64,000 bases of DNA from IMG/VR virus record IMGVR_UViG_3300014839_001411, positions 5,713 to 69,712 of that record; one strand, written 5' to 3'. A program made the translations under genes and the position numbers. This DNA is from a virus. The notes below the pieces were generated by a model. The model saw nothing but the letters and a program-made list of their open reading frames with translations. It had not been told where the DNA came from and did not search any database. Numbering within the stretch: position 1 is the first letter of the stretch; every line of letters begins with the position of its first letter. Below, one piece after another: positions 1 through 9,775 of the stretch.

Positions 1-98
1 GAGGGCGTTGGCGTGGGTTGAGTAGGCATGCCTGTCATTGTAGCACTTCATTGGTTCGTAACGCCTCTTTGTGATACAATGCGCTTATGAGACGCAAG

Positions 99-344
99 TT
101 ACTTGCGAATTCTTGTCTCCAGCATCGAGATGAAGGCTGGAGAAGGGCTTTTATCAAGAGTTTGGATGGCGGCAAAATAGTTTGAGCGAATGCGACCAAA
201 GTTATTTGCCGGGACAAAGACGTACGTTCTGTCTTTGATCCGAACACGAAGGTACGCCGGGTGAGGTATAGCCTCACCCTTTTTTGTTTTTACCCAGATG
301 TCGAAAGCAGTCCGATCCTTTGCGACAACGGCGATGTCATTCAT
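99..344 (-). CDS. hypothetical protein
   Basis: ORF coupled to the ligase stop; start trimmed to ATG 344 (MNDIAVVAKD). Confidence 0.55.
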   Translation of the reverse strand: MNDIAVVAKDRTAFDIWVKTKKGEAIPHPAYLRVRIKDRTYVFVPANNFGRIRSNYFAAIQTLDKSPSPAFISMLETRIRK

Positions 345-1560
345 TGATGATCTCAATGAAGCGTGCATGCCAGGCGCAACCACCTTCGGTGAAGCCCTGT
401 GAACAGATCTTGACCTTCAGTGGGCCTTGAGAGAAGCGGTGCTTGATCTCGCGTTTGTCTTCCATGGTGAAACCCGTCCCGACTGAACCCAATGGTTTCC
501 CGTCCAGACTGGTGATTGTCATAGCACCAAAAGCGTGTCCCTGCCCCGTAGTTGTAGTAAGCGCGGTGACCATCGCATCGAATTCGTTCAGGTACTTGGT
601 ACGAACATACCCATCATCCGCGCGCTTGCCGGCGTACAAAGGCAGACCAACCCTGAACCAAACTTCCCCTTCGTGCTCCAGTTCCTTCTGGGTTGCGCAA
701 AGGTGAGCTTTCTCTTCAGTGGTACGCGCAGTCGGAAGATAGGCGATCTTGTAACCAGAAGGTTTTGCAATGCGCTGGGCAATGATCCTGCCCCGCTCAA
801 TACGCTCCTTCTGCGTAGGAAGATTGGTTCCTGTGTGCCACAAGCAGGAGAACACATAATACATCTGCTGCGGCGGGGCAGAGTTTCCGGCGTCGGAATT
901 AGCCGTAAGCGCCTGTGGTCCAGTGCGATGTTCCTTACCCTTCAAGTCCAGATAAGTAAGCTCACCTTCGAGAACGAATGGACCAAAGCCTTCTGCTTCC
1001 TCTCTCAAGGCAGCATCGATCTCTGCGCAAGGCGCGCCGTTCAGTTTCATCTGGCGAGACTGATAATAGACTTCGTTCGGCGTCGCGAAAACGATCAACT
1101 TGTTCCCGTCGATCTTGGGCTGACCCCAGTAACCCAAATTGTTGATGTAGTACTCGCGGGTCTTCAATCCGTCAACCGGCTGCATGGGAGAAAACTTCCC
1201 GGGCTGCATGTCAGTAGGAAACTCCGCAATCATTCTGCATTCTTCGGCCACTGCTTGAGCAACCAGCGGTCCAACTTTAATTTCTATTCCGCCTTCCAAG
1301 ACCACGCCCTCGAGACTGGCTGCCTTCATATAGAAACCGGCTGCCATTTCCGGGTAGCCGCAATTCATGGCTTGTTGAGCAAGAGCCAGGCATTTGGGTG
1401 CGGCAATGGACGTGCCGTAAAGCCCCAGGTAACTTGTTGCCCCCGCCCTACCCGGCATGTTCTGGAGATTGCCTACGATCACGCGTTCTTGCCAACGTTT
1501 GATGATCTCAGCCGGCACCTTCTTCACTTTCTTGGTATCAATATATTCTTGCAGGTTCAC
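337..1560 (-). CDS. ATP-dependent DNA ligase with N-terminal extension
   Basis: Motif I QPKIDG (KxDG), VLEGEL, EGEVW, C-terminal OB-fold GSVGTGF. Confidence 0.88.
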   Translation of the reverse strand: MNLQEYIDTKKVKKVPAEIIKRWQERVIVGNLQNMPGRAGATSYLGLYGTSIAAPKCLALAQQAMNCGYPEMAAGFYMKAASLEGVVLEGGIEIKVGPLVAQAVAEECRMIAEFPTDMQPGKFSPMQPVDGLKTREYYINNLGYWGQPKIDGNKLIVFATPNEVYYQSRQMKLNGAPCAEIDAALREEAEGFGPFVLEGELTYLDLKGKEHRTGPQALTANSDAGNSAPPQQMYYVFSCLWHTGTNLPTQKERIERGRIIAQRIAKPSGYKIAYLPTARTTEEKAHLCATQKELEHEGEVWFRVGLPLYAGKRADDGYVRTKYLNEFDAMVTALTTTTGQGHAFGAMTITSLDGKPLGSVGTGFTMEDKREIKHRFSQGPLKVKICSQGFTEGGCAWHARFIEIINE

Positions 1561-1885
1561 GTTTGCCTCCGTTGAAACGACTTTCCTCTATGCGCTGCTT
1601 TTCCACTACGTCTTCGGTTTGGATGAGCGACACCACCCTTCTGACTGCTTCGTTGTAGGTTGGGGAAGGATGTTGATGAAGTCCATCCGCGAAACCTCTC
1701 AGAATAAGCTGGGTTTTTGCCAGCGAACGGTAACAGTCATAGAACCTGTTGAACCAGGTGGCATCCCAACTCGTGGCCGATGCGCTCTCGCGGTATTCCA
1801 CTTCCGGAAGATACCCTTTACGCAGAAGCTCCACGAAACCTCTTCGCAAAAGAGCATCCGATGCCCTGACTTGTTTAGTTGCCAT
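1538..1885 (-). CDS. hypothetical protein
   Basis: Overlapping stop/start chain; start trimmed to MATKQV. Confidence 0.55.
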   Translation of the reverse strand: MATKQVRASDALLRRGFVELLRKGYLPEVEYRESASATSWDATWFNRFYDCYRSLAKTQLILRGFADGLHQHPSPTYNEAVRRVVSLIQTEDVVEKQRIEESRFNGGKREPARIY

Positions 1886-2117
1886 CAGGGAAGATATCCT
1901 CCAGAGCTTCGTAAGCCTCTTCGGCGGTGACCTTATCGGCGTCACCGAAGTCTGCGAAAACTTCGGAGACTTCGTATTCATCAATGTTTCCGAGTTTTTC
2001 GGAAATACTGCTGACCACTTTGGCCTGCAAGGCGCGCGCTTCCTTGAATTGTTTCCAAAGAGCATCAAACACTGCTTTCGACTTTTCGTTGAGCTGGGTG
2101 TACGGAGTAAGTTTCAT
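1875..2117 (-). CDS. hypothetical acidic protein
   Basis: AAAGGA RBS, ATGA coupling to upstream gene. Confidence 0.6.
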   Translation of the reverse strand: MKLTPYTQLNEKSKAVFDALWKQFKEARALQAKVVSSISEKLGNIDEYEVSEVFADFGDADKVTAEEAYEALEDIFPDGN

Positions 2118-2449
2118 GAATTCCTTTCGTCGATCTCTTTTTGGATTTGTTCCGGCGTGATAAGCGCCGCAATAATTCTGAGCATGTTCTTGTATTTCAC
2201 GCCTCTGGCTACCTGACAGATGCCGTCCGGAAATCCATTTTCTTTCAGCGCAGCATCCATAAGATTTCGGTACGCAATACGAATGTCCCTTGTTTTAGTC
2301 GGGTCGTACTTTGGGTTTTGTGTTTGTGTGCCAACAAAGCAATATGCAGTTTCCATGAAGTGACCTTGTTCGTGTTGCGCCATAAGGATTGCATTTATTT
2401 CATCGCTCACAAGTGGATTTGATCTGTAAGAATATCTCGACATGATCAC
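2114..2449 (-). CDS. hypothetical protein
   Basis: ORF in tight minus-strand operon. Confidence 0.55.
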   Translation of the reverse strand: MIMSRYSYRSNPLVSDEINAILMAQHEQGHFMETAYCFVGTQTQNPKYDPTKTRDIRIAYRNLMDAALKENGFPDGICQVARGVKYKNMLRIIAALITPEQIQKEIDERNS

Positions 2450-2835
2450 CGCTCTCTAGGCAACATCATGATGAAGCCGCCACTTTCTGCGTCGGCGTAT
2501 CCTACTTCAACGTAGATCTTTATTTCCGGCAACGGAAAGTCGGTGTACGGAATTCTTTGCTGGGCTAATATTCGGCCATCGCCATCATCACCCACCAGGG
2601 TCGCGGTCTTGTCAGGGTTTTCTTTGAGCCTCCAGACCTGAAACTCTTCTTTCTGCACAATTGCATTGGTTTTGATGTGCGAAAAAATGGCGTCGAGCAA
2701 CCATGCTGCACCGTTGTCAGCAAGGAACTTTATCCCGTCTGTGTAAAAGAACCGACGATCTATCCAGTGGCGATACCAGGTATTGGTACCGTTGACGAAC
2801 CCAGCCAAGCCCTGAGAGAAGTCGGCAGCATTCAT
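2446..2835 (-). CDS. DUF6876-like protein
   Basis: GTNTWYRH...YTDGIKFLA...AWLLDAI...QRIPYTDFPLPEIKIY pattern; start trimmed to MNAADF. Confidence 0.7.
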   Translation of the reverse strand: MNAADFSQGLAGFVNGTNTWYRHWIDRRFFYTDGIKFLADNGAAWLLDAIFSHIKTNAIVQKEEFQVWRLKENPDKTATLVGDDGDGRILAQQRIPYTDFPLPEIKIYVEVGYADAESGGFIMMLPRER

Positions 2836-3068
2836 CGCGACCCCAATGCTTTTGCGATCTTCCTGCATTTGAGCCACTCGGTAGCAATAAGATCCATATC
2901 TTTTACGGTAACTCCAATTCCACCGCGCAAGAGTTTGCCAGACTTGCCAATGCCGCTCAAGAGCACCACTGTGTTGGTGTACGAAATAACCACCTTGCGA
3001 ATGTCTCGTAGTCCATTGCGGTTTTCCATCCACGAATAGTCTGTAACTGATATATCCAAGTCTTCCAT
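2832..3068 (-). CDS. hypothetical protein
   Basis: AGGAGG RBS, coupled to next gene. Confidence 0.55.
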   Translation of the reverse strand: MEDLDISVTDYSWMENRNGLRDIRKVVISYTNTVVLLSGIGKSGKLLRGGIGVTVKDMDLIATEWLKCRKIAKALGSR

Positions 3069-3077
3069 AGTGCCTCC

Positions 3078-3449
3078 TTACATATTTGCGGTTTGAGCCA
3101 AAAGCGTCCAATCGTCCTGGCGGGTTTTGGTTTCCGTTGTCGGAAACTGAAGCTGCACCGTTCCAGCGCGTACCACCCACTCAGGAAGTTTTGCCGGATA
3201 AAAAGCCACGACACACGGCCATTCCGGATCGGCGGGAAAGCGGTTGAAGACAATGATCCACACCCCTTCCTTCATTCTCAGCGTTCCCATGGAACCCATC
3301 GGCACCAGACCAGCTAACTTCTTGTCTTTCCCTTTTAGCTGCCGACCATCCTTTATCTTCGCTACCCCCGGCCAGGTCTGATCGCGCGTGATCATTACTT
3401 GATCGCCGATCTTGAGTTCGGTTTCTGTTTCGACGGTTTTGGTTTTCAT
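3078..3449 (-). CDS. hypothetical protein
   Basis: GAGG RBS, ATGA coupling. Confidence 0.55.
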   Translation of the reverse strand: MKTKTVETETELKIGDQVMITRDQTWPGVAKIKDGRQLKGKDKKLAGLVPMGSMGTLRMKEGVWIIVFNRFPADPEWPCVVAFYPAKLPEWVVRAGTVQLQFPTTETKTRQDDWTLLAQTANM

Positions 3450-3757
3450 TCGTCCTCAAAAAGAACGAGTTTGCCGTCCGCCATGTACAAAATGTCGCTG
3501 TCGTAGTTCCATGGGAGTTCGTGCTTGACTGCATACTCCAACCAGGGCTGAATAAATTTATCCAGTTTTTCAGGAGTGCATTCTTCGAGGTCAAAATCGG
3601 ACGCTGCCAAAACTCCTTCTACCGAACCATTCAAGTTCAGTTTCCGAATGTCGTCCGTGTCATGCGGAAGGACAGCGAATACGCCAATGTGAGCCGGTTC
3701 AAAACTGTCGTCATTGGGGTACCAAGTCCCGATCCAAATTGCAGGTTTTTCTATCAT
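3446..3757 (-). CDS. hypothetical protein
   Basis: ATGA coupling both sides. Confidence 0.55.
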   Translation of the reverse strand: MIEKPAIWIGTWYPNDDSFEPAHIGVFAVLPHDTDDIRKLNLNGSVEGVLAASDFDLEECTPEKLDKFIQPWLEYAVKHELPWNYDSDILYMADGKLVLFEDE

Positions 3758-4095
3758 GGAACGTCCCAGTCCTTTCCATTACGATGCGCCCAGAGAGAAG
3801 TGATCGGCTCGGCGTTTTCGTTGTTGAGTTCGTACACTTCTACGTTGACACCACTACCTTCGTCCGAGGCGATGTGAATGGACAGGTCGCCTACGGTTAT
3901 CCAACATTCCTTGCCGGCCAGCTTGTAGTCGCTGGTTTCACCACCTTCGTGTTGTAACGGTTCACACTCCCAGCAGCAGTCAGGACAGGTCGTGTTATCG
4001 CAAGAGCAGCCCTCGTGATTTTCACAATCCAGATCATGAGGATTGTGAACATCGTCGTCTTTTACATGGCATCGGCATACCTGACATCTAGCCAT
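3754..4095 (-). CDS. Cys-rich hypothetical protein (possible Zn-binding)
   Basis: CQVC...CSC...CPDCCWEC; start trimmed to MARCQV. Confidence 0.5.
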   Translation of the reverse strand: MARCQVCRCHVKDDDVHNPHDLDCENHEGCSCDNTTCPDCCWECEPLQHEGGETSDYKLAGKECWITVGDLSIHIASDEGSGVNVEVYELNNENAEPITSLWAHRNGKDWDVP

Positions 4096-4519
4096 AACTT
4101 GTCCATCCCTTCTCTTCGGGCATGATGCCGCTGTTCGCGAGCGCCTTGGCGAAATTCGAGGGCTCAAACAAATCTTCGTGACTGAAACTGAAGTAATACT
4201 TCCCATCATCCAGTTGATCGTATATATCGCCATCGGAATATCGAAATAGCCATACCGAGTTGCAAATCTCATTTGCACAAATTGCGATGGCAGGTTCTTC
4301 GGAACGTTCAGCAATGAAATCCAGCAACTCCAGATAGGTCTCTGGATCTTGTTCGACTTCAAGGCGAAGCTTCTCGACCATATCCTCGCTTGCTTCCTGT
4401 CCGTCCGATGTGAGCCAGTTTCCCAACTGTTCACTGGAGAAGCTTCCGTGCAGCTTTAGAAAATTCTCGTGCGTGGCTTCGAGAACCCATCCCCAGTTTG
4501 GTGCAGTTCCTGAACTCAT
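4088..4519 (-). CDS. hypothetical acidic protein
   Basis: GAGG RBS, operon context. Confidence 0.55.
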   Translation of the reverse strand: MSSGTAPNWGWVLEATHENFLKLHGSFSSEQLGNWLTSDGQEASEDMVEKLRLEVEQDPETYLELLDFIAERSEEPAIAICANEICNSVWLFRYSDGDIYDQLDDGKYYFSFSHEDLFEPSNFAKALANSGIMPEEKGWTSYG

Positions 4520-4525
4520 AACGCC

Positions 4526-4792
4526 TCACTTTCCGTTGTCGGAATGTTTTCGCTTGATCTTCCTTGTAGTCTGGTCCTGCCCCATGTCGGACCCGAAGAT
4601 CCTCATGGCTGCGCCGTTACCGTAACCCGTCAAGCGACAAGAGCCGGCATCGCCTTCCACCCAACTTCTGGCTCGAAAGACGGCGAATATTTCGACTGGC
4701 ACAAATGAATTCAAGCTTTTGCGTGCGCTTTGAACCAGATGTGCCAACCATTTTTTCTGTGTATCATTGATGTCGTCGATTATTAGACCCAT
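4526..4792 (-). CDS. hypothetical protein
   Basis: Operon context. Confidence 0.5.
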   Translation of the reverse strand: MGLIIDDINDTQKKWLAHLVQSARKSLNSFVPVEIFAVFRARSWVEGDAGSCRLTGYGNGAAMRIFGSDMGQDQTTRKIKRKHSDNGK

Positions 4793-4816
4793 GCTTCACC
4801 CGACGCCGCAAGGCAT

Positions 4817-6004
4817 CTAGTCTTTGTACGGGTCCTGGATTTCTCCGGGAGCCATCAACACAACGATGGGCTTCAGCGTGTGAAGTACTTTGATGGTGTC
4901 TTCCTGTGCCTTGAGAACGCTGCCCAACGGCCGGTAGACCTGCGGGGCTTCGTCGGTGTCTCCACCCAGCAAAAGTACGTGCTGATCGTGCAAAATATCG
5001 TTCATCATCTGGTGCGAGATCGCGCCTGCTCCAGTACGGATCATCTTTCCTTGAACCCACTTCTTCTTTCCAGCAGCCTGGGTGCGCGACATTACACGTC
5101 CTGCGCCATGAACCGTCGAGAACAAAGCAGCCCGGGAAGTAGGAGTATCCACACCTTCCACGATTGCAGAGATGTCGCCCATCGACCCGCCGATAAATCC
5201 TTGTTGACCAGGGAATGCCGGCGTAGCACCTTTTCTCACCACCCAGAATTCCTGCCCTTCATGGACTTCTCTCCAGGCAAAGTTGTGATGGTTGTGAACG
5301 CGCTCCGTGGATCGAGCGCCCATGATGCTCAGAACTCTAATGACCACCCAGCTACGCCCAGCCATTGCGTAATCGCCAGCCAATTGCATGGCAGCAATGT
5401 ACTCTTTGCCAAGTTCCGAATTGGCGTCCAAGATCGTGGGCGCCTGCATGATGCCGTCTTTCCCGCCACCGGCTTTGATGTAGTGCGTGGCAATTCCGTG
5501 GCCTAGACCGCGTGAGCCGAAGTGGACACCCACCCACAGCCAACCGGCCTCATCCTCCAGGATGTCCACGAAATGGTTGCCCGCACCCACCGTGCCCAAT
5601 TGAGCCTGAGCCTTTTGTTTCAAAGCCTGAAGAACAGGGTTGTTCCAGATATCCGCAATAAACATTGGATGATCCGCCTGGTCATCATTGTTGGTTCGCC
5701 CAATGCCAAACGAAATCGAGTTATAAATCTCGTGCGCGAGGTCTTCCCAATAAGCAACATTGGCTCTGCGGAAATCGGTTTTGACTGCAAGATTTCCGCA
5801 GCCAATATCGTACCCAACCCCGGAAGGCGAAACTACGCCTTGATATGCAGCCACTCCGCCAATCGGCATGGAATATCCTAGGTGTCCGTCGGCAGCCAGG
5901 ATCGCTCGATGCACACGAGGGTCCGCAGCGACCATCTTGATCTGTTCGATGGTGTTTTCGTCATGTTCCCCGAACTCAAAGATTTTGTCAGCGATCTGTT
6001 TCAT
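4817..6004 (-). CDS. rtcB: RtcB-family RNA ligase
   Basis: DGHLGYSMPIGGV, VGYDIGCG, QLGTVGAGNHF, HFGSRG, HNHHN, VRKGAT, STVHGAGRVMSR, DEAPQVY. Confidence 0.95.
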   Translation of the reverse strand: MKQIADKIFEFGEHDENTIEQIKMVAADPRVHRAILAADGHLGYSMPIGGVAAYQGVVSPSGVGYDIGCGNLAVKTDFRRANVAYWEDLAHEIYNSISFGIGRTNNDDQADHPMFIADIWNNPVLQALKQKAQAQLGTVGAGNHFVDILEDEAGWLWVGVHFGSRGLGHGIATHYIKAGGGKDGIMQAPTILDANSELGKEYIAAMQLAGDYAMAGRSWVVIRVLSIMGARSTERVHNHHNFAWREVHEGQEFWVVRKGATPAFPGQQGFIGGSMGDISAIVEGVDTPTSRAALFSTVHGAGRVMSRTQAAGKKKWVQGKMIRTGAGAISHQMMNDILHDQHVLLLGGDTDEAPQVYRPLGSVLKAQEDTIKVLHTLKPIVVLMAPGEIQDPYKD

Positions 6005-6032
6005 GAAGTCCTTTCCGTTGTCGGAAACAATG

Positions 6033-6584
6033 TTAGCTATCCTGGGATTTCCATGGCGTCATCGTACTGATGATTTGATCCCAATTCGTCGCCCTTAGAA
6101 GCGTACGGTTGCGCCTGTTCCAGGGTTGATCGAACAGAATGTTTGGAGCATATCCAAATTTCTCAGTAAGATTGGCAACGCAATCGTCGATCAGGAAGTC
6201 GCCACGAACCAGTTGTTTATTGTGGCAAATAACGATGTCTTCCGCAAAATGCCAGTCTTTGGCAAGGGAAAAACCGTGCTCCCGCAACCAAACTATTTTC
6301 GCCATGAAGAAACCGGAAGTCAAAAAAACGATCTCGTGACCCATCGAGCGCAAGGTCTGCACCCCTCTCAAGGCTCCCATGATTTCTGGGGCATCTTTAT
6401 AGAGACTTTCGTCACTGAGATAGTCGTAGATTTTGGTTCCACAGTCGAGCTTGACGAACTTATGAATATTCCAGTCCGTGATCTGGTCTACCGTAAGGTT
6501 GTCGCTCCAGTCACGGTTGTACCTTGCCAGCCAGGGAACATGCGTGTTGGCGCATACACCGTCTACATCAACAAGAATTCTCAT
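6033..6584 (-). CDS. 5'(3')-deoxyribonucleotidase (NT5C, HAD)
   Basis: ILVDVDGV, KQLVRGDFLIDD, LFDQPWN. Confidence 0.9.
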   Translation of the reverse strand: MRILVDVDGVCANTHVPWLARYNRDWSDNLTVDQITDWNIHKFVKLDCGTKIYDYLSDESLYKDAPEIMGALRGVQTLRSMGHEIVFLTSGFFMAKIVWLREHGFSLAKDWHFAEDIVICHNKQLVRGDFLIDDCVANLTEKFGYAPNILFDQPWNRRNRTLLRATNWDQIISTMTPWKSQDS

Positions 6585-8068
6585 CAGGCTCCTTGTACTT
6601 TCACGTCGAAGTTCAGCGCATAAAGTGCGCTCAACCTTCTTGAACTGTCCTTGTACTCACGCTTCGTCATCAAGATGTGGAACTCGCCCTTCTCCCTGGC
6701 GTGTTGTCCACGCAAACCGCGCTGACCCAGTTCGGCCCTTCCGCCCAGCCAGTCCACTTCAATGATCCGACTGACGTCGACAGACACGCCGGCGTCCCCT
6801 ACTTTCGAGATCACGAAAGTTTTGGCGTCCTGAATGGCTTTGTATTGCTTAGAGGTTCCCCCACTGATGAAAGGCACCTTTAGGCGCTTCGCGAGTTTCT
6901 CTCCAATTACCAACCGATACACGAATAGCATGGTCTTGGCCCGGGTAGGTGTCTTGACCAACTGCTCGGCGAGATCGAGCTTCTCCAGTTCGGCATCCAC
7001 CAACCAGATGATTGTTTCGGGCGGTTGCTGAGAAGGCCAGTCCATTCCTACAGGAATGCCACACAGAGCGGGTATGATGTCTTCTTTGCCGTCTTCACGC
7101 CAGGGAGTGGCAGATAAGCCAATACGTGCACTGGAGCGTATCTGAGAGGCACGCATTCCCATATCCGCCGGCATGTGCTGGATTTCATCGTAAATTACGA
7201 GGGAATAATCCCCTGTCAAGGGTTTGCTTTTCAGGGATTGGTAGGTATGGAATTCCATCTCGGAGAGAGCGTGTGGACAGAAACTTCGGATACGGGCTTC
7301 CCATTGTTCAAGAATGGAGCGGCGCGGAGCAAGCACGATTTTGCGATAAGGGAATACGTCGATGGCATATAAACCAAAGAACGTCTTTCCCGATCCACCT
7401 GTGGCAAACACGGATACCGCCGAATACTTGAGGAATGTTTGGAAATCCCGTTCCTGCTCAGGGCGAAGAATAACCTTCCCACTGGATGCCCGGAGAAGAG
7501 ATGCGTGGATGGCCTGCGGTGTGTACGGAAGAATGCCCATCCGGACCAGGTTTCGCAGAACGTCAAATCGACTGCGAGCGGTTAGATGCAAACGTTCTCC
7601 GCGGCGCTGAACGAAAGAATGACTTCCGCCCAATGCTTGAAAAGCCTCTTCGGGATTACCGTGATCAACCACCAACCACTCCCCGTCCAGATGAGCACCG
7701 AATGCAGGCGGCGTGTACCCCAGTTCCCCGCGCAACCAGGCAGGCAAGGGCGTGATCAGGTCGATGAAACGGGAAACCTGATAGATCACGTACTCGCCTT
7801 CGGTGCGCACCGGCCAGCCGGCACGAAAGTCTATGAACCGTGGAATAATCAGCTCAAACACATCTGCGTTTCCGCGTACATGGGCCGGGCGCAGTATGTA
7901 AGGCTTATGAGTGAATAATTCCAAAGCTTCCGGATCGATCCCGGATAAATCGAAGCTGCGCTGAAGTTCCATGAACTCACGCTGTCGTTCCTCCACGACA
8001 CCCCGCATGTTTTGCAGGGTGTCGCTTATTTCTTGCAGTTGGTTGTTCGCAATATCGAATATGGTCAT
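6584..8068 (-). CDS. superfamily 2 helicase (XPB/Rad25/ResIII-like)
   Basis: LRPEQ Q-motif, ATGGSGKT, IYDEIQH, GLSATPWRED, QRGLRG. Confidence 0.85.
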   Translation of the reverse strand: MTIFDIANNQLQEISDTLQNMRGVVEERQREFMELQRSFDLSGIDPEALELFTHKPYILRPAHVRGNADVFELIIPRFIDFRAGWPVRTEGEYVIYQVSRFIDLITPLPAWLRGELGYTPPAFGAHLDGEWLVVDHGNPEEAFQALGGSHSFVQRRGERLHLTARSRFDVLRNLVRMGILPYTPQAIHASLLRASSGKVILRPEQERDFQTFLKYSAVSVFATGGSGKTFFGLYAIDVFPYRKIVLAPRRSILEQWEARIRSFCPHALSEMEFHTYQSLKSKPLTGDYSLVIYDEIQHMPADMGMRASQIRSSARIGLSATPWREDGKEDIIPALCGIPVGMDWPSQQPPETIIWLVDAELEKLDLAEQLVKTPTRAKTMLFVYRLVIGEKLAKRLKVPFISGGTSKQYKAIQDAKTFVISKVGDAGVSVDVSRIIEVDWLGGRAELGQRGLRGQHAREKGEFHILMTKREYKDSSRRLSALYALNFDVKVQGA

Positions 8069-8085
8069 GCGTCTCCGTTGGAAGT

Positions 8086-8114
8086 ATTGTAATCCATTTG
8101 GACATTAATTGCAA
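8086..8114 (-). promoter_or_regulatory. sigma70-type promoter for the helicase-nucleotidase-rtcB operon
   Basis: TTGCAA-17 bp-TACAAT on minus strand just upstream of the helicase ATG. Confidence 0.6.
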
Positions 8115-8117
8115 CAC

Positions 8118-8333
8118 TTAACGAATGCGTCTCCGAGTTCTTCGTTCATCCGACCGAACTCTTCGGATGTAGGGATACCGGCGGCGCTGCTGCAACAATC
8201 TCACGGCATGGATTTGACCCGGAATGTCTGCGACCGGAAACCCCAATGCTGCCAGATGCGCAAATGCAATCCAATCCGCACCGCGCGACAAAGAACCACC
8301 TACTTCTTCAAGAACTCTTTTCATCGCCGACAT
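8118..8333 (-). CDS. hypothetical protein
   Basis: GGAAGG RBS before MSAMKR. Confidence 0.4.
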   Translation of the reverse strand: MSAMKRVLEEVGGSLSRGADWIAFAHLAALGFPVADIPGQIHAVRLLQQRRRYPYIRRVRSDERRTRRRIR

Positions 8334-8616
8334 GGGAACCTTCCGTCGTCGGAAACTTGTGCCAGGTGGCCTCGAGAGAAGAAGTTTCCTTGTTGAATAC
8401 CAACGTTGTGCCCTTGTACAGTTTGGCCTTTGCAAGTTCGGGCATTTTTTGCCACAGCCGCGACCAAAGCATATTGAGCACGACTTCCCTCAAATGACGC
8501 TTGAGAACATGAATACGCTTGCTGTCCTTGGCGTCCAGCATCACTGGTCCAGCCAACAAGTCCAGGATGCCTAAGCTGACTGTAATTCGGTCTGGGTAGT
8601 CTCTAATAAAGCCCAT
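8308..8616 (-). CDS. hypothetical protein (start uncertain)
   Basis: Operon context. Confidence 0.4.
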   Translation of the reverse strand: MGFIRDYPDRITVSLGILDLLAGPVMLDAKDSKRIHVLKRHLREVVLNMLWSRLWQKMPELAKAKLYKGTTLVFNKETSSLEATWHKFPTTEGSHVGDEKSS

Positions 8617-8954
8617 TGAATTTCTGCTCCATAGGTCATAAGTAATCTCATGTAAGCCTGCACAGCACGCCGACCACGTTCGGTCAGCCTTGCTTCATAC
8701 ACATTGAGTGCCGGCTTACCGTTATCCAGTGTGGCTCCGTACAAATATCCAGGGAAAGTGATGCCACATACATCGAGGTTCAAATAATCCTTGCCATCCT
8801 CGCATACGATTGTGGAAACTTCCGTAGCGTGAAGGCGCGCCAAGGTTTGCCTGGCTTCCTCGACGAACTTGCCGGCGTCTTCCTTGGCGAATTCTTTCGG
8901 CAGATCCCAGCTAAGTTCAACCGGTTTCTTTGGAATAACAAAACTATGTCTCAT
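8571..8954 (-). CDS. hypothetical protein
   Basis: GGAGG RBS; start MRHSFV. Confidence 0.55.
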   Translation of the reverse strand: MRHSFVIPKKPVELSWDLPKEFAKEDAGKFVEEARQTLARLHATEVSTIVCEDGKDYLNLDVCGITFPGYLYGATLDNGKPALNVYEARLTERGRRAVQAYMRLLMTYGAEIQWALLETTQTELQSA

Positions 8955-9693
8955 TTTCTTCCTCCTCCAACTCATCCTCAGACAGATCGTCGAAGTCTTC
9001 GTCAGTGGTTTCGTCCACGTGGTATTGAAGCGCGGGGTCGTATGGTTCTGAAGTAATGAAATAGCCCAGGCGGTTGACGTAATGCCAGCCTTCAGTGATC
9101 TCGTCGGCTTCTCCGCTAATCAACGTCCAGACGCGATTGGGATATTCCAAGTCCGCCTGCGCGCGCACAACTGCCTCGTACTCGGGACCGTAAGTCTCAA
9201 ACATGAAGCCGTCGTATGGGGCGTTCGGGTTCAAGGTGTTCTTGATGGGCTGAAACATTCTGACCCATTGTTCCCAGCCCAGCCGCAGCACCCCGTTCTT
9301 AGGCCGCGGAGTACACTCGCTGCACCGGGTAATGTCCACGCCGGCATCTTCGTCGGCTCTGGCGCGAATAGCATTGTGCCCGTGCCATAAACACGTTGAG
9401 CACTCAGTAGAGTGGTCATGAGTTTTCAGCGTGCACTTGCCGCATTTCGGACAAACAGTATCTTCGTCACCGCACTCCCCCCAAGTGATCAACCATTCGG
9501 GTTCCTTCTCGAACGTTATCATTCCGATGGCGGAAACATCTTTCGTGGGGTTCTTTCGTCTCCACTCGTCTTCTGCTCGGTCGGCAATTTCGCATTCAAC
9601 ACAGGGGTCTTCATCGTCGACTTCAAACGAGATAAGTTCTTTCCGCCAAGTATGGTTCAAATAGCAGATCGCCAGTTCAACATCAATATTCAT
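8944..9693 (-). CDS. hypothetical protein with Zn-ribbon motifs
   Basis: GGAGG RBS before MNIDVEL; CPKC, CSTC, CSEC. Confidence 0.6.
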   Translation of the reverse strand: MNIDVELAICYLNHTWRKELISFEVDDEDPCVECEIADRAEDEWRRKNPTKDVSAIGMITFEKEPEWLITWGECGDEDTVCPKCGKCTLKTHDHSTECSTCLWHGHNAIRARADEDAGVDITRCSECTPRPKNGVLRLGWEQWVRMFQPIKNTLNPNAPYDGFMFETYGPEYEAVVRAQADLEYPNRVWTLISGEADEITEGWHYVNRLGYFITSEPYDPALQYHVDETTDEDFDDLSEDELEEEENET

Positions 9694-9725
9694 GCGTCCT
9701 CCAGTTTCCAAATGGAACACATACT

Positions 9726-9773
9726 GAACATTTGTTTCAGGAACATCCGTGCTATACTGCAAAACAGAGGTTC
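9726..9773 (+). promoter_or_regulatory. three LexA-like (GAAC-N4-GTTC) boxes around a TATACT -10
   Basis: GAACatttGTTT (9726), GAACatccGTGC (9741), AAACagagGTTC (9762); TATACT at 9753. Confidence 0.5.
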
Positions 9774-9775
9774 TC

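Noticed and set aside
1987-2005. Extra copy of the dispersed palindrome
   Set aside because: Arms are separated by 7 nt instead of 4, so it was not counted
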